Positions 48,587-56,869 of a DNA stretch of 64,000 nucleotides are shown piece after piece. A program made the position numbers and the translations under genes. Every line of letters begins with the position of its first letter. The stretch's first letter is position 1. Source of the DNA: a virus. The stretch is taken from IMG/VR virus record IMGVR_UViG_3300020474_000993; one strand, given 5' to 3'. The notes under the pieces were generated by a model. It searched no databases, had not been told where the DNA came from, and was given only the letters and a program-made list of their open reading frames with translations.

Positions 48587-49925
48587 CGAAGATTATGTCA
48601 GACAAGCAATTGCACATTTAAAGGCATCTTATTTCCTAGATGCTGAGTATCGTGAGGTATTCAGATGTATTCGTGATTATGTCACGGCATACAATTCCCC
48701 ACCACAAGCAAGCGCGCTTAAAATTGCACTACAAGATAACAGAAAGATTACTGAAGACCTTTACGAAAAATGTGAGGAACTTATTAATGGTCTTGGTGAA
48801 TATGAGGTTGATAACAGATGGTTGATTGACCAAACAGAAAAATTCTGTAAGGACAAGGCAGTTTACAATGCTATCATGCAATCTATTCAGATTATCGATG
48901 GACAGGATAAAACATATTCAGTAGATTCTCTGCCTTCTATATTGTCAGATGCTCTTAGTGTTGGTTTTGATAATAACATTGGTCACGATTATGTTGGTGA
49001 CGCGGAAGCACGATTTGATTTCTATCACAGGCACGAAGAAAAATTACCATTCGACTTAGAATATTTCAACAAGATTACTGAAGGTGGATTGATAAACAAG
49101 ACACTCAATATTGCTCTTGCTGGTACAGGTGTGGGTAAATCTCTTTTCATGTGTCATGTGGGTGCAGCCATGATTGCTCAAGGTAAGAATGTTTTGTATA
49201 TCACATTAGAGATGGCAGAGGAAAGAATCGCTGAAAGAATCGATGCGAACATGATGGATGTTTCCATGCAAGATTTGAGAGACCTATCCAAGTCTATGTA
49301 CACAGACCGTATTAAGAAAATTCAAAACAAAGTTGATGGCAGATTGATTGTTAAAGAATATCCAACTGCAACTGCCCATGCTGGTCATTTCAGAGCACTT
49401 CTTGAAGAGTTGAAACTCAAACAAAACTTTTCTCCAGACATAATTTTTATCGATTATCTAAATATTTGTGTGAGTCAACGACTCCGAAATAATGCTGGTG
49501 CAAACTCATATACCATAGTCAAGGCAATTGCTGAGGAACTAAGGGGACTGGCAGTAGAGTATGATTTACCAATAGTATCCGCAACCCAGACCACGCGAGG
49601 TGGTTTTAACAACAGTGATGTTGACTTGACAGATACTTCAGAAAGTTTTGGTTTGCCTGCTACTGCTGACTTGATGTTTGCTCTTATAAGTACAGAGGAA
49701 TTAGAACAACAAGGTCACATGATGGTTAAACAATTGAAGAATAGATATAGTGACCCGACAAGAAACAAACGATTTATGATTGGAGTTGATAGGGCGAAGA
49801 TGAGATTGTATGATTTAGAAGATGCTCAACAAAATCTAGTAGACTCTGGACAGGTAGATGTACAGCCAGTTTTTGACCAAGGTGCCTTTGGACAAAGATT
49901 AGGCTTGGGGGATATTAAAGTATAA
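48546..49925 (+). CDS. gp41: Replicative helicase gp41
   Basis: AGTGVGKS, IDYLNI, SESFGLPATAD, KQLKNRY. Confidence 0.97.
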   Translation: MRLEQTILSNLIHNEDYVRQAIAHLKASYFLDAEYREVFRCIRDYVTAYNSPPQASALKIALQDNRKITEDLYEKCEELINGLGEYEVDNRWLIDQTEKFCKDKAVYNAIMQSIQIIDGQDKTYSVDSLPSILSDALSVGFDNNIGHDYVGDAEARFDFYHRHEEKLPFDLEYFNKITEGGLINKTLNIALAGTGVGKSLFMCHVGAAMIAQGKNVLYITLEMAEERIAERIDANMMDVSMQDLRDLSKSMYTDRIKKIQNKVDGRLIVKEYPTATAHAGHFRALLEELKLKQNFSPDIIFIDYLNICVSQRLRNNAGANSYTIVKAIAEELRGLAVEYDLPIVSATQTTRGGFNNSDVDLTDTSESFGLPATADLMFALISTEELEQQGHMMVKQLKNRYSDPTRNKRFMIGVDRAKMRLYDLEDAQQNLVDSGQVDVQPVFDQGAFGQRLGLGDIKV

Positions 49926-49928
49926 ATA
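49921..49928 (+). promoter_or_regulatory. Late promoter TATAAATA
   Basis: Consensus immediately before the lysis cassette. Confidence 0.75.
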
Positions 49929-49933
49929 GGGCT

Positions 49934-50317
49934 ATGATTAGTAAAGTATTATTAGGTGTAATATTAGCTGGAGGCTTTGTTGGGTATTTGTACTACACAA
50001 ATACGCAAGCAGAACTTATTGAGCTCCGAGAATATAATATGGCGATGGAATTACAAGTCGCTACACAAAATGATACCATAGATAAGATGTCTAAACAATA
50101 CGAAACACAGGCAAAAGCGCTTGGTGAGTTGACTTCAAAGAATGCTGTTATTGAAGCAGAGATGACAAGATACCTTGACATTTTCCGCAGACATGACCTT
50201 AGTAAACTTGCAGCTGCTAAACCAGGCCTTATTGAACCAAGGGTGAACAATGCGACAAAAGATGTATTCGACAGTCTCGAAACTGATTCCAGTTTTGAGT
50301 TTGATACTGATAATTAA
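49934..50317 (+). CDS. Putative i-spanin
   Basis: N-terminal TM helix plus coiled coil; KPGLIE..VN; overlapped by a lipoprotein gene. Confidence 0.7.
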   Translation: MISKVLLGVILAGGFVGYLYYTNTQAELIELREYNMAMELQVATQNDTIDKMSKQYETQAKALGELTSKNAVIEAEMTRYLDIFRRHDLSKLAAAKPGLIEPRVNNATKDVFDSLETDSSFEFDTDN

Positions 50318-50681
50318 CGGTTGTAGTTTAATACCAAAACAACCGCGTGAGGTAGAAATCAAAACGATAGAGGTGCGTGTGCCTATACAGCATCCTGTAT
50401 ATCCTCGACCAATAGATATGAAAGAACCAAAGTGGTATGTTGTATCTGACAAAAACTTAGACGAATTCCTAGTTAAAATAGAAAAAGAATCTGGAAAGAT
50501 GGTCTTTATGGCAATGTCTGTACCAGATTACGAATTAATGGCGTATAATCTCCAAGAGATTAAACGATATGTAAAAGAAACCAAAGAAGTGATAGTGTAT
50601 TACCGAACCGTTATGTCTGATGATGAAGAAAAAGAAAAAGTCACAGGAGAGAAAGATGACGGAAGAGGAAACAAAAACTAA
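50250..50681 (+). CDS. Putative o-spanin lipoprotein
   Basis: Lipobox-like LIINGC, Pro-rich segment, overlaps the i-spanin 3' end. Confidence 0.7.
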   Translation: MRQKMYSTVSKLIPVLSLILIINGCSLIPKQPREVEIKTIEVRVPIQHPVYPRPIDMKEPKWYVVSDKNLDEFLVKIEKESGKMVFMAMSVPDYELMAYNLQEIKRYVKETKEVIVYYRTVMSDDEEKEKVTGEKDDGRGNKN

Positions 50682-50982
50682 AATATTACCAGCAGATGTA
50701 AATGGTGATGGTAAAGTTGATGACGAAGAAAAGGCGATGTATATGGAATTTAAGCGTAGAGAGCTTGAAGACCAAGATGCAATGCGAGACAGTCAACGCA
50801 AGATGGCATGGTTTGCTTTGGGTGGTATGTTATTATATCCATTCGCCGTTGTACTCGCTGTGTTATTTGGATTGGAACAAGCAAGTAAGATTCTAGGTGA
50901 TATGGCAGCTACTTATTTTGTTGCTGTTGCTGGTATCGTAGCAGCTTTCTTTGGGGCTCAGGCTTTCCAAAAAGGCAAATAA
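50656..50982 (+). CDS. Putative holin with an EF-hand-like loop
   Basis: DVNGDGKVDDEE plus two TM helices; adjacent to spanins. Confidence 0.5.
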   Translation: MTEEETKTKILPADVNGDGKVDDEEKAMYMEFKRRELEDQDAMRDSQRKMAWFALGGMLLYPFAVVLAVLFGLEQASKILGDMAATYFVAVAGIVAAFFGAQAFQKGK

Positions 50983-51063
50983 TTTAAGAGGTGTAAAATC
51001 AAATCTTCTCCGAATCAGTGGTTTCAGATTCCCCTTACAATATCAGAAGAACTGAAGGAGGAA

Positions 51064-51498
51064 TTGCTCACATTCGATATAGCTAATGCTAAAAATTATT
51101 TTATACACGAACCAGAAGAAAACCATAGACTAGAATTTTTAGAAATATCATTGGACATGATTAAAGAGGTAGCTGATAAGTTCATGGTATCACCTACTAA
51201 GGCTACACTGGTTGCTATTGCTCCCACCGATATTGTTCCATGGCATGTCGATGGTCTGTCCCACGATTACCATAGACCAGCGATAGCTTGTTTTCCACTA
51301 TTTCCCAATTCTAAGACCTATGAATGTACTGAGTACAGGGATGGATTTGTGCCATATTGTGACTCTTACATCTTCAACACGCAAGAAGAACACAGGGCAA
51401 AAGCACTGGATACGCGAAGATTAAACCTACAAATATGGTTCCAACAGGACTTTAAGGAACTAAAAAAATTGTCCGATGAAGGTAAGTTGTTGATTTAA
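51064..51498 (+). CDS. 2OG-Fe(II) oxygenase/cupin-like protein (start uncertain, possibly 50998)
   Basis: PWHVD...FNTQEEH...R.NLQI. Confidence 0.55.
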   Translation: MLTFDIANAKNYFIHEPEENHRLEFLEISLDMIKEVADKFMVSPTKATLVAIAPTDIVPWHVDGLSHDYHRPAIACFPLFPNSKTYECTEYRDGFVPYCDSYIFNTQEEHRAKALDTRRLNLQIWFQQDFKELKKLSDEGKLLI

Positions 51499-51567
51499 CT
51501 AGGGATTTATTTTCACTTTTTTTCGCTTTGGCCCTTGACATTTGGGGTAAAATATGAGATCATGATC
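51483..51567 (+). promoter_or_regulatory. Early promoter TTGACA-17-(TGa)GATCATGATC with an upstream IHF site
   Basis: TAAGTTGTTGATT is the reverse complement of WATCAANNNNTTR; near-identical to 34410. Confidence 0.75.
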
Positions 51568-51594
51568 ATATAAATTAGAGAAGTGAGAGAAAAT

Positions 51595-51945
51595 ATGCAA
51601 AAAGAAATCGAAAACCTAAAAGAATTGATAGTGAATGACTATCAAAACTGGACATCTAGGTCTGCTTATTCAGACGAAGAGAGGGACAAAGAAAGGGTCG
51701 CTGAATTCGCCTCTAAAATAGAGGTATCAGAAGGTCAGAAATACATCAAAATAATTTCTGACAGGTCTGTTTGGGGTTTCATCGTCAAGACTGAAACCGA
51801 TAAATTATTCCAAAAGGGTGACATTTTGAAACCCGCTGGTTGGGCTGCCCCCGCTAGGAACAAACCTAGAGGCAATGTCTTTGAGATGTTGGGTGGTAAA
51901 GGAACTGGTTGGGTAAGATGGACTGGCCCACAGTACTTACGGTAG
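51595..51945 (+). CDS. Conserved early hypothetical protein
   Basis: GDILKPAGWAAPARN.PRGNV...WTGP.YL phage family motif. Confidence 0.7.
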   Translation: MQKEIENLKELIVNDYQNWTSRSAYSDEERDKERVAEFASKIEVSEGQKYIKIISDRSVWGFIVKTETDKLFQKGDILKPAGWAAPARNKPRGNVFEMLGGKGTGWVRWTGPQYLR

Positions 51946-51954
51946 GAGGCAGTT

Positions 51955-52365
51955 ATGAGTAGATGCAGAATGGATTCAACTTGTGGAGACACAATTGCTG
52001 AAAAAGGTTATCTTAAAACCCAGATAGAAAAATGGGAAAAGATATCCGATGAATTATCTTCAACAGTTAGTCGAGTCAATGATGAGACTAAAGTTATCAA
52101 GTACAACGATGTTCCTAGTAACATTTACTTGAAGGTTGAAAGTATTGCTGAAGAGTTGAAACTTTCTGACGCACAGAAAAAGGAACTTGAATCTAATATT
52201 GAATATCAAGTTCGCCAAGTGCGTGAGGCAGTTAACAATCTTGAGTCTGAAATTTACAAACTAGTAGAACCATTTGAAGAGTTGCAAAGGGATGCTGAAA
52301 ACAAGAAAGATGATTTTGAGTACGAACTTGATGACTTGGAATGGGAACTAGAAAAGGCTTCATAA
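51955..52365 (+). CDS. Acidic coiled-coil hypothetical protein
   Basis: GGAGG RBS. Confidence 0.6.
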   Translation: MSRCRMDSTCGDTIAEKGYLKTQIEKWEKISDELSSTVSRVNDETKVIKYNDVPSNIYLKVESIAEELKLSDAQKKELESNIEYQVRQVREAVNNLESEIYKLVEPFEELQRDAENKKDDFEYELDDLEWELEKAS

Positions 52366-52371
52366 ATATTA

Positions 52372-52456
52372 TAGGCAATTACAGAGTGCCTGCTAAAGTC
52401 TGTAAAGGTTGATGACCGAACATCCATGAGGGGAATGAAAACGCCCCTCGTCTTTT
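52372..52456 (+). ncRNA. Candidate pseudoknotted small RNA or leader ending in a terminator
   Basis: AGGCA/TGCCT stem; loop TTACAGA pairs with TCTGTAA; GATG/CATC hairpin; GAGGGG/CCCCTC followed by TCTTTT. Confidence 0.55.
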
Positions 52457-52471
52457 ATATATGGAGAAATT

Positions 52472-52744
52472 ATGAATCAAAATGATATAGTATCGGTGAT
52501 TACACCCGCTGGTGAGTTTATAGGTAAACTTGCTTTAGAAACAGACACGCGATTGAAATTGAATGACCCACGCATGTTGATTACAACAAATGAAGGCATG
52601 GGGTTTGCTAGGGGAGTTTGTCTTACTGGTGTTGAAAATCCAGATGAGATGACTTTTTATTCTGGCGGGATTGTTTTTGTTTCCCCGACCAATGAAGATG
52701 TACAAAAATCTTATCGTAAATTTACAAGTGGGATTATAACATGA
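52472..52744 (+). CDS. Sm/Hfq-like fold hypothetical protein
   Basis: DIVSV.T..GEFIGKL......L.DPR pattern. Confidence 0.55.
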   Translation: MNQNDIVSVITPAGEFIGKLALETDTRLKLNDPRMLITTNEGMGFARGVCLTGVENPDEMTFYSGGIVFVSPTNEDVQKSYRKFTSGIIT

Positions 52745-52962
52745 CGGAAAAATTGCAAAAGATTGCTGATGAAATTTCAAAGTGGGATGATGAACACGAA
52801 CCACTTGCCCAAGAAATTTTGGATGCATACAAGTTTATATATAGATTACTAGACCCAGAAGGGTTTGGATTTGCTGTATCCGCTGAGGTTAGGGATGCTG
52901 CTCGAGTAGTCGTAGGACTAGAACCAGTGGAACAAAACTTATATAAGACCAAGGATGAGTGA
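52741..52962 (+). CDS. Hypothetical protein
   Basis: Coupled ORF; LLDPEGFGFAVSAEVRD. Confidence 0.6.
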   Translation: MTEKLQKIADEISKWDDEHEPLAQEILDAYKFIYRLLDPEGFGFAVSAEVRDAARVVVGLEPVEQNLYKTKDE

Positions 52963-53329
52963 GGATACCAAACAACTAGAATTAGACCTAGATTTCCCAA
53001 AGGAAGAAGAGAAGGAGCCAGAGGTGTCCCATCAAAAATTCGCCCCAGAAGAAATAGAAAATTCAAATCGCATATTTAAGTCTGCTACACCAAAATATGA
53101 CCTTAGTTGGTATGTGAAATGGATTTCATCTATATTAATATTAGTAGCACTTACAATTAGAGCTGCTGATTACCCACGCATATATGATATGTGGTTTGGG
53201 TTTTTTGGTATGATTGGATGGACTTATGTGGGAATTCTTTGGAAAGATAGGGCGATTATCATCATGAATGTTATCAGTACAATCCTTCTGGCTATAGGTC
53301 TCTTAACACACTATAGAGGATTATTTTAA
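52955..53329 (+). CDS. Membrane protein (three TM segments)
   Basis: SWYVKW, GW..VG.LWKDRA. Confidence 0.65.
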   Translation: MSEDTKQLELDLDFPKEEEKEPEVSHQKFAPEEIENSNRIFKSATPKYDLSWYVKWISSILILVALTIRAADYPRIYDMWFGFFGMIGWTYVGILWKDRAIIIMNVISTILLAIGLLTHYRGLF

Positions 53330-53649
53330 TGCCACTTTACGAAATCGAAAACACCGAAACAGGTGAAATCTTTGAAGTTATGATGAAGATTGATGACAAA
53401 GAAAAAATGTTACAAAAAAATCCACATTTCAAACAAATTCCAAGCGCTCCCAATATCAATAAAGGTGGTGTGGGTGACAGGGTTAAACCCGATGGTGGAT
53501 TCAAAGATGTTTTATCTAAGATTGCTGATGCAAATCCAACATCTAAACTTGCTGATGACTATGGAAAGAAAGATAAAAAATCAGTCGCTGTCCGTGACAG
53601 TATGAAACGAGTCAAAAAGAAATTAGGTTCTATTACAGACGGTTCATAG
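53329..53649 (+). CDS. Conserved hypothetical protein (FmdB-like N-terminus)
   Basis: MPLYE..N.ETGE, GFKDVLSKI...NP. Confidence 0.65.
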   Translation: MPLYEIENTETGEIFEVMMKIDDKEKMLQKNPHFKQIPSAPNINKGGVGDRVKPDGGFKDVLSKIADANPTSKLADDYGKKDKKSVAVRDSMKRVKKKLGSITDGS

Positions 53650-53653
53650 TATT

Positions 53654-54094
53654 ATGAAGATAATGACATTGTGGGGTGAAGAAGAAGTTCATAACACAAG
53701 AATGTGTATACACTGTAAACAGGTAAAACACGAAGAAGAATTTGGTATAAGGTCATATACGAAAAATGGAGTTAAATCAGAAAGAAGAAATGATTGCAAT
53801 TCCTGTCGTAAAAAAGAAACTAAAATAAGAAATCAATTAAAGAAACAATATCCTAGACCTATTAATAAGGACTATAGATGTCCTAGATGTAATAGAAGTC
53901 AACAAGACTTTATTGATGAGGGTAGATTTGTTCATACCAAGAAGAAGTCTATATTTGTTTTAGACCATGACCATGAAACAGGACAATTCAGAGGATGGAT
54001 ATGTGACTACTGTAATACTATATGTGCAAGAGCATACGATGACCCCAGTATATTAGAGGCAAATGCAAGGGCATTAAGAGAATTCAGATTGTGA
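53654..54094 (+). CDS. Endonuclease VII-like (His-Me) nuclease
   Basis: CPRC, LDHDHETG.FRGWIC..CN plus an N-terminal CxxC pair. Confidence 0.85.
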   Translation: MKIMTLWGEEEVHNTRMCIHCKQVKHEEEFGIRSYTKNGVKSERRNDCNSCRKKETKIRNQLKKQYPRPINKDYRCPRCNRSQQDFIDEGRFVHTKKKSIFVLDHDHETGQFRGWICDYCNTICARAYDDPSILEANARALREFRL

Positions 54095-54134
54095 ATATTA
54101 CCATTATCCGATATTGATTTTTACTGCTATTCCA

Positions 54135-54142
54135 TATAAATA
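54135..54142 (+). promoter_or_regulatory. Late promoter TATAAATA
   Basis: Consensus. Confidence 0.75.
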
Positions 54143-54197
54143 TGTTAGTGTCAAATAATTGACACACTCGATTCATAACCGAAAAGAGGACATTGTT

Positions 54198-55070
54198 ATG
54201 AAATGGTTTAAAATCATTACTGCAATCTTTTTGATTTCAGTAGTAAATGTGGGGTGTGCTTCAGCCTCTGGTGGTAATTACTATGAAGCAGTGCAAAAGG
54301 CAGCAGAAGCGAAAGCGAAAGTGTCTGAAGCACGATATCGAGCTCTTGCTCAAGTCGCATCTAGTGGTGATGGTCAGGCTGCATCCGCAGCTGTTATGGC
54401 AATCGCACTATCTAATGATGCTACAATTGTTCCACAGTATGTCGAATCTTCTGCTCTGAAATGGGCGCAAGTCTTGACACCAACTATCGGAACACTAGGA
54501 TTGGGTATCGTTCAAGCAAATGTTGCTAAGAACGCTGCTAACAAGGCTGCTGAAGTTCAAATGGCTTCTATGCAGGCCAATGCAGATATCCAACTAGGTC
54601 AACAAAGTATGATTAGTAACATGGGTGGACAGTGGGCTGATGTCGCAGCTGCTGGTGGGCAAGCAACAGTAGATGTTGCTCTCGCTGGATTTGGTGCATT
54701 GAATACCGCTGGTGACCAGACTGTTACACTCGGTCTCGCTGGGTTGGATACTGCTACAGTTGGTATGAACAATCTCAATGAGTTGGGTCAGTTTGGTATG
54801 ACTACTATTGGTGCAGTCTCTACCACTGGTATGAACAATCTCGTTGGGTTGGGTCAGTACGGTATTGATGCAGCTGAAACTCTAGGTATTCAAGGTATGT
54901 TGGGTATTCATGAGACCAATGAAGATTGGTTAACTTATACCGCTAGTAGTGATACTAACTTTGCTACGATTCTCGCAGACTTTAACGCGACAATCAAACA
55001 ATTTGGAACAGATTTGGGAACCCCTATCACATGTAACGCTGATGCAAACGGAGTGTTTACTTGTCAATAA
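54198..55070 (+). CDS. Ala/Gly-rich lipoprotein with internal repeats
   Basis: Signal peptide plus VNVGC lipobox; GMNNL..LGQ.G repeats. Confidence 0.65.
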   Translation: MKWFKIITAIFLISVVNVGCASASGGNYYEAVQKAAEAKAKVSEARYRALAQVASSGDGQAASAAVMAIALSNDATIVPQYVESSALKWAQVLTPTIGTLGLGIVQANVAKNAANKAAEVQMASMQANADIQLGQQSMISNMGGQWADVAAAGGQATVDVALAGFGALNTAGDQTVTLGLAGLDTATVGMNNLNELGQFGMTTIGAVSTTGMNNLVGLGQYGIDAAETLGIQGMLGIHETNEDWLTYTASSDTNFATILADFNATIKQFGTDLGTPITCNADANGVFTCQ

Positions 55071-55084
55071 TTACATAAAAGTTG

Positions 55085-55117
55085 TATAAATATAGGGGAC
55101 AATAAGTCCCCTTTTTT
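55085..55117 (+). terminator. Terminator AGGGGAC-AATAA-GTCCCCT followed by a T run, abutting late promoter TATAAATA (55085-55092)
   Basis: Perfect stem plus U tract. Confidence 0.85.
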
Positions 55118-55134
55118 AATTATGAGGTAATATT

Positions 55135-55581
55135 ATGGAAAAGAAAGAAATAAAGAAAGTATTGGATGGTGCAGAATTCGTGATGAAGGACATGCCTGAA
55201 GAGTTAAAAGAAGTTTTGAAAACACAAATTGTGAATCCAAAACTAATGGATGAATTTGATAACTTATACGATGAAGATATCGATGCTGAAACAGTCAAAG
55301 CATTATCCCACGCATTAGAATTAGACTACATTGAAAAATGGAAAGTCTTTGCTCAAATGAAACTCCTAGAAAAGAATTTTGCTATTGCTGAACAGGCAAG
55401 GGTTGCTTTGCGTGAACAATTAACAACTGCTAATGCCAATGTTCAAGTTCTTTTGAGGAACTATGAAGAGAAAAAAATTGGATTAGACCACGAAATAAAA
55501 GAGAAACTAAAAGTAAAAGAAGAACTTAAATTAGTTCGTGCTGAATTGAAGAACCTTAAAAAGAAGACGCCTGAATTATAA
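55135..55581 (+). CDS. Coiled-coil hypothetical protein
   Basis: GAGGT RBS. Confidence 0.6.
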   Translation: MEKKEIKKVLDGAEFVMKDMPEELKEVLKTQIVNPKLMDEFDNLYDEDIDAETVKALSHALELDYIEKWKVFAQMKLLEKNFAIAEQARVALREQLTTANANVQVLLRNYEEKKIGLDHEIKEKLKVKEELKLVRAELKNLKKKTPEL

Positions 55582-55615
55582 ATAGTGGCAAACAAAATGT
55601 TTATGGAAAGAGTTA

Positions 55616-56869
55616 ATGGTCGGATTTTTATCATATCTAAACGAAGATGCACAGGGCAAGAACCTACATCTTGAACACCTAGAAGACGAAATATTAAATT
55701 TCGGAATAGGTGGAGCTCGTGGTGCAATTAATTTCTTACAGGCATTGAGAGATATGTTGTCGGGAAGTTCTCGTTCATCCGTAAATATGACAGTTAAATG
55801 GGACGGTGCTCCTGCTATATTTGCTGGTATTGACCCCAGTGATGGTAAATTTTTTGTTGCTAAGAAAGGTGTATTCAATAAGACACCACTATTATATAAG
55901 TCCACACAAGAAATAAACAAAGACAGTAAATTGCCACAGGCATTAAAACCCGCCTTTACAATCGCGTTACAAGAATTTAGCAAACTCGGCATCAAGAGTG
56001 TATTACAGGGTGACTTAATGTTTACACAGGCATCTCTTGAATCTGAAACTATAGATGGTGAGAGGTACACCACATTCCAACCAAACACTATAGTCTATGC
56101 TATTCCAAAGATGTCAGAACTGGAACAAAGAATTAAAGCTGCTAAGATTGGTGTTGTTTGGCACACATCATATACAGGTAACACATTAGAAGGTATGAAG
56201 GCATCTTTTGGTGTAAACATTAGTAGTCTTAGAAAATCAAGAAGTGTCTGGATGGATGATGCTAGTTATAGAGATACTAGTGGAACTTCTACATTTACGC
56301 AAACAGAGACATCTGCTGTTACTACAAAACTATCCGAGTGTGGTAGAATATTTAAGAAAATAAATTCAGCACAATTAAACAATTTCTTAAAATTTCAAAA
56401 TGGGTTTTCTGGAAAAATGGTTGGCGCCAATATCAAAACCTATAATAATTCAAAAGTAAAGGTTGGTGCGAAGATAACTAATGTCTCTGGCCATGTGTCT
56501 GGATACGCAAAGTGGGTAGAAGACAAATTTGATACAGAGATAAATAAGTTAAAAACGGAACAGTCACAGAAAAAACTAGAGATAAAAAAGAAAGAAACTT
56601 TAAGGGAACTAAATCAATATACTGCTCTTCTTATAAATGTTATCAATTTTCAGAACTCTATGGTAGATGCTAAAATGATAATTGTTAGTAAACTAAATAG
56701 AGTAAAACAGTTGATGGATACTTTTGTCAGAACTAAACAAGGATTTAAAGTTACAAATCCAGAAGGATATGTTGCAATCGATAGGGTGTCTGGTAATGCT
56801 GTTAAACTGGTAGACAGAATGGAATTTAGTTATAATAACTTTACTGCAATTAAGGCGTGGGATAGATGA
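55616..56869 (+). CDS. DUF6267-like protein with ATP-dependent ligase/NTase motifs
   Basis: NLHLEHLED, KWDG, QGDLMF, EGYV, VKLV; late promoter at 55577-55584. Confidence 0.7.
   Translation: MVGFLSYLNEDAQGKNLHLEHLEDEILNFGIGGARGAINFLQALRDMLSGSSRSSVNMTVKWDGAPAIFAGIDPSDGKFFVAKKGVFNKTPLLYKSTQEINKDSKLPQALKPAFTIALQEFSKLGIKSVLQGDLMFTQASLESETIDGERYTTFQPNTIVYAIPKMSELEQRIKAAKIGVVWHTSYTGNTLEGMKASFGVNISSLRKSRSVWMDDASYRDTSGTSTFTQTETSAVTTKLSECGRIFKKINSAQLNNFLKFQNGFSGKMVGANIKTYNNSKVKVGAKITNVSGHVSGYAKWVEDKFDTEINKLKTEQSQKKLEIKKKETLRELNQYTALLINVINFQNSMVDAKMIIVSKLNRVKQLMDTFVRTKQGFKVTNPEGYVAIDRVSGNAVKLVDRMEFSYNNFTAIKAWDR

Noticed and set aside
9214-49925. Introns or inteins in gp17, gp43, uvsX, gp41 or uvsW
   Set aside because: The ORFs are continuous and of normal length, with no splicing motifs
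51064-51498. Calling this the TET/JBP dioxygenase predicted by the GpC signature
   Set aside because: It is too short and lacks recognisable TET/JBP features; it looks like the generic small 2OG-Fe(II) proteins of marine phages
52371-52420. Resemblance to a fluoride riboswitch (AUAGGCAAU...GUUGAUGAC) or a hammerhead (UGAUGA...GAAA)
   Set aside because: The pseudoknot partner and conserved core positions do not fit either family
53654-54094. Assigning this gene as gp49 or as a mobile homing endonuclease
   Set aside because: The EndoVII motif is clear, but orthology or mobility cannot be decided from sequence alone
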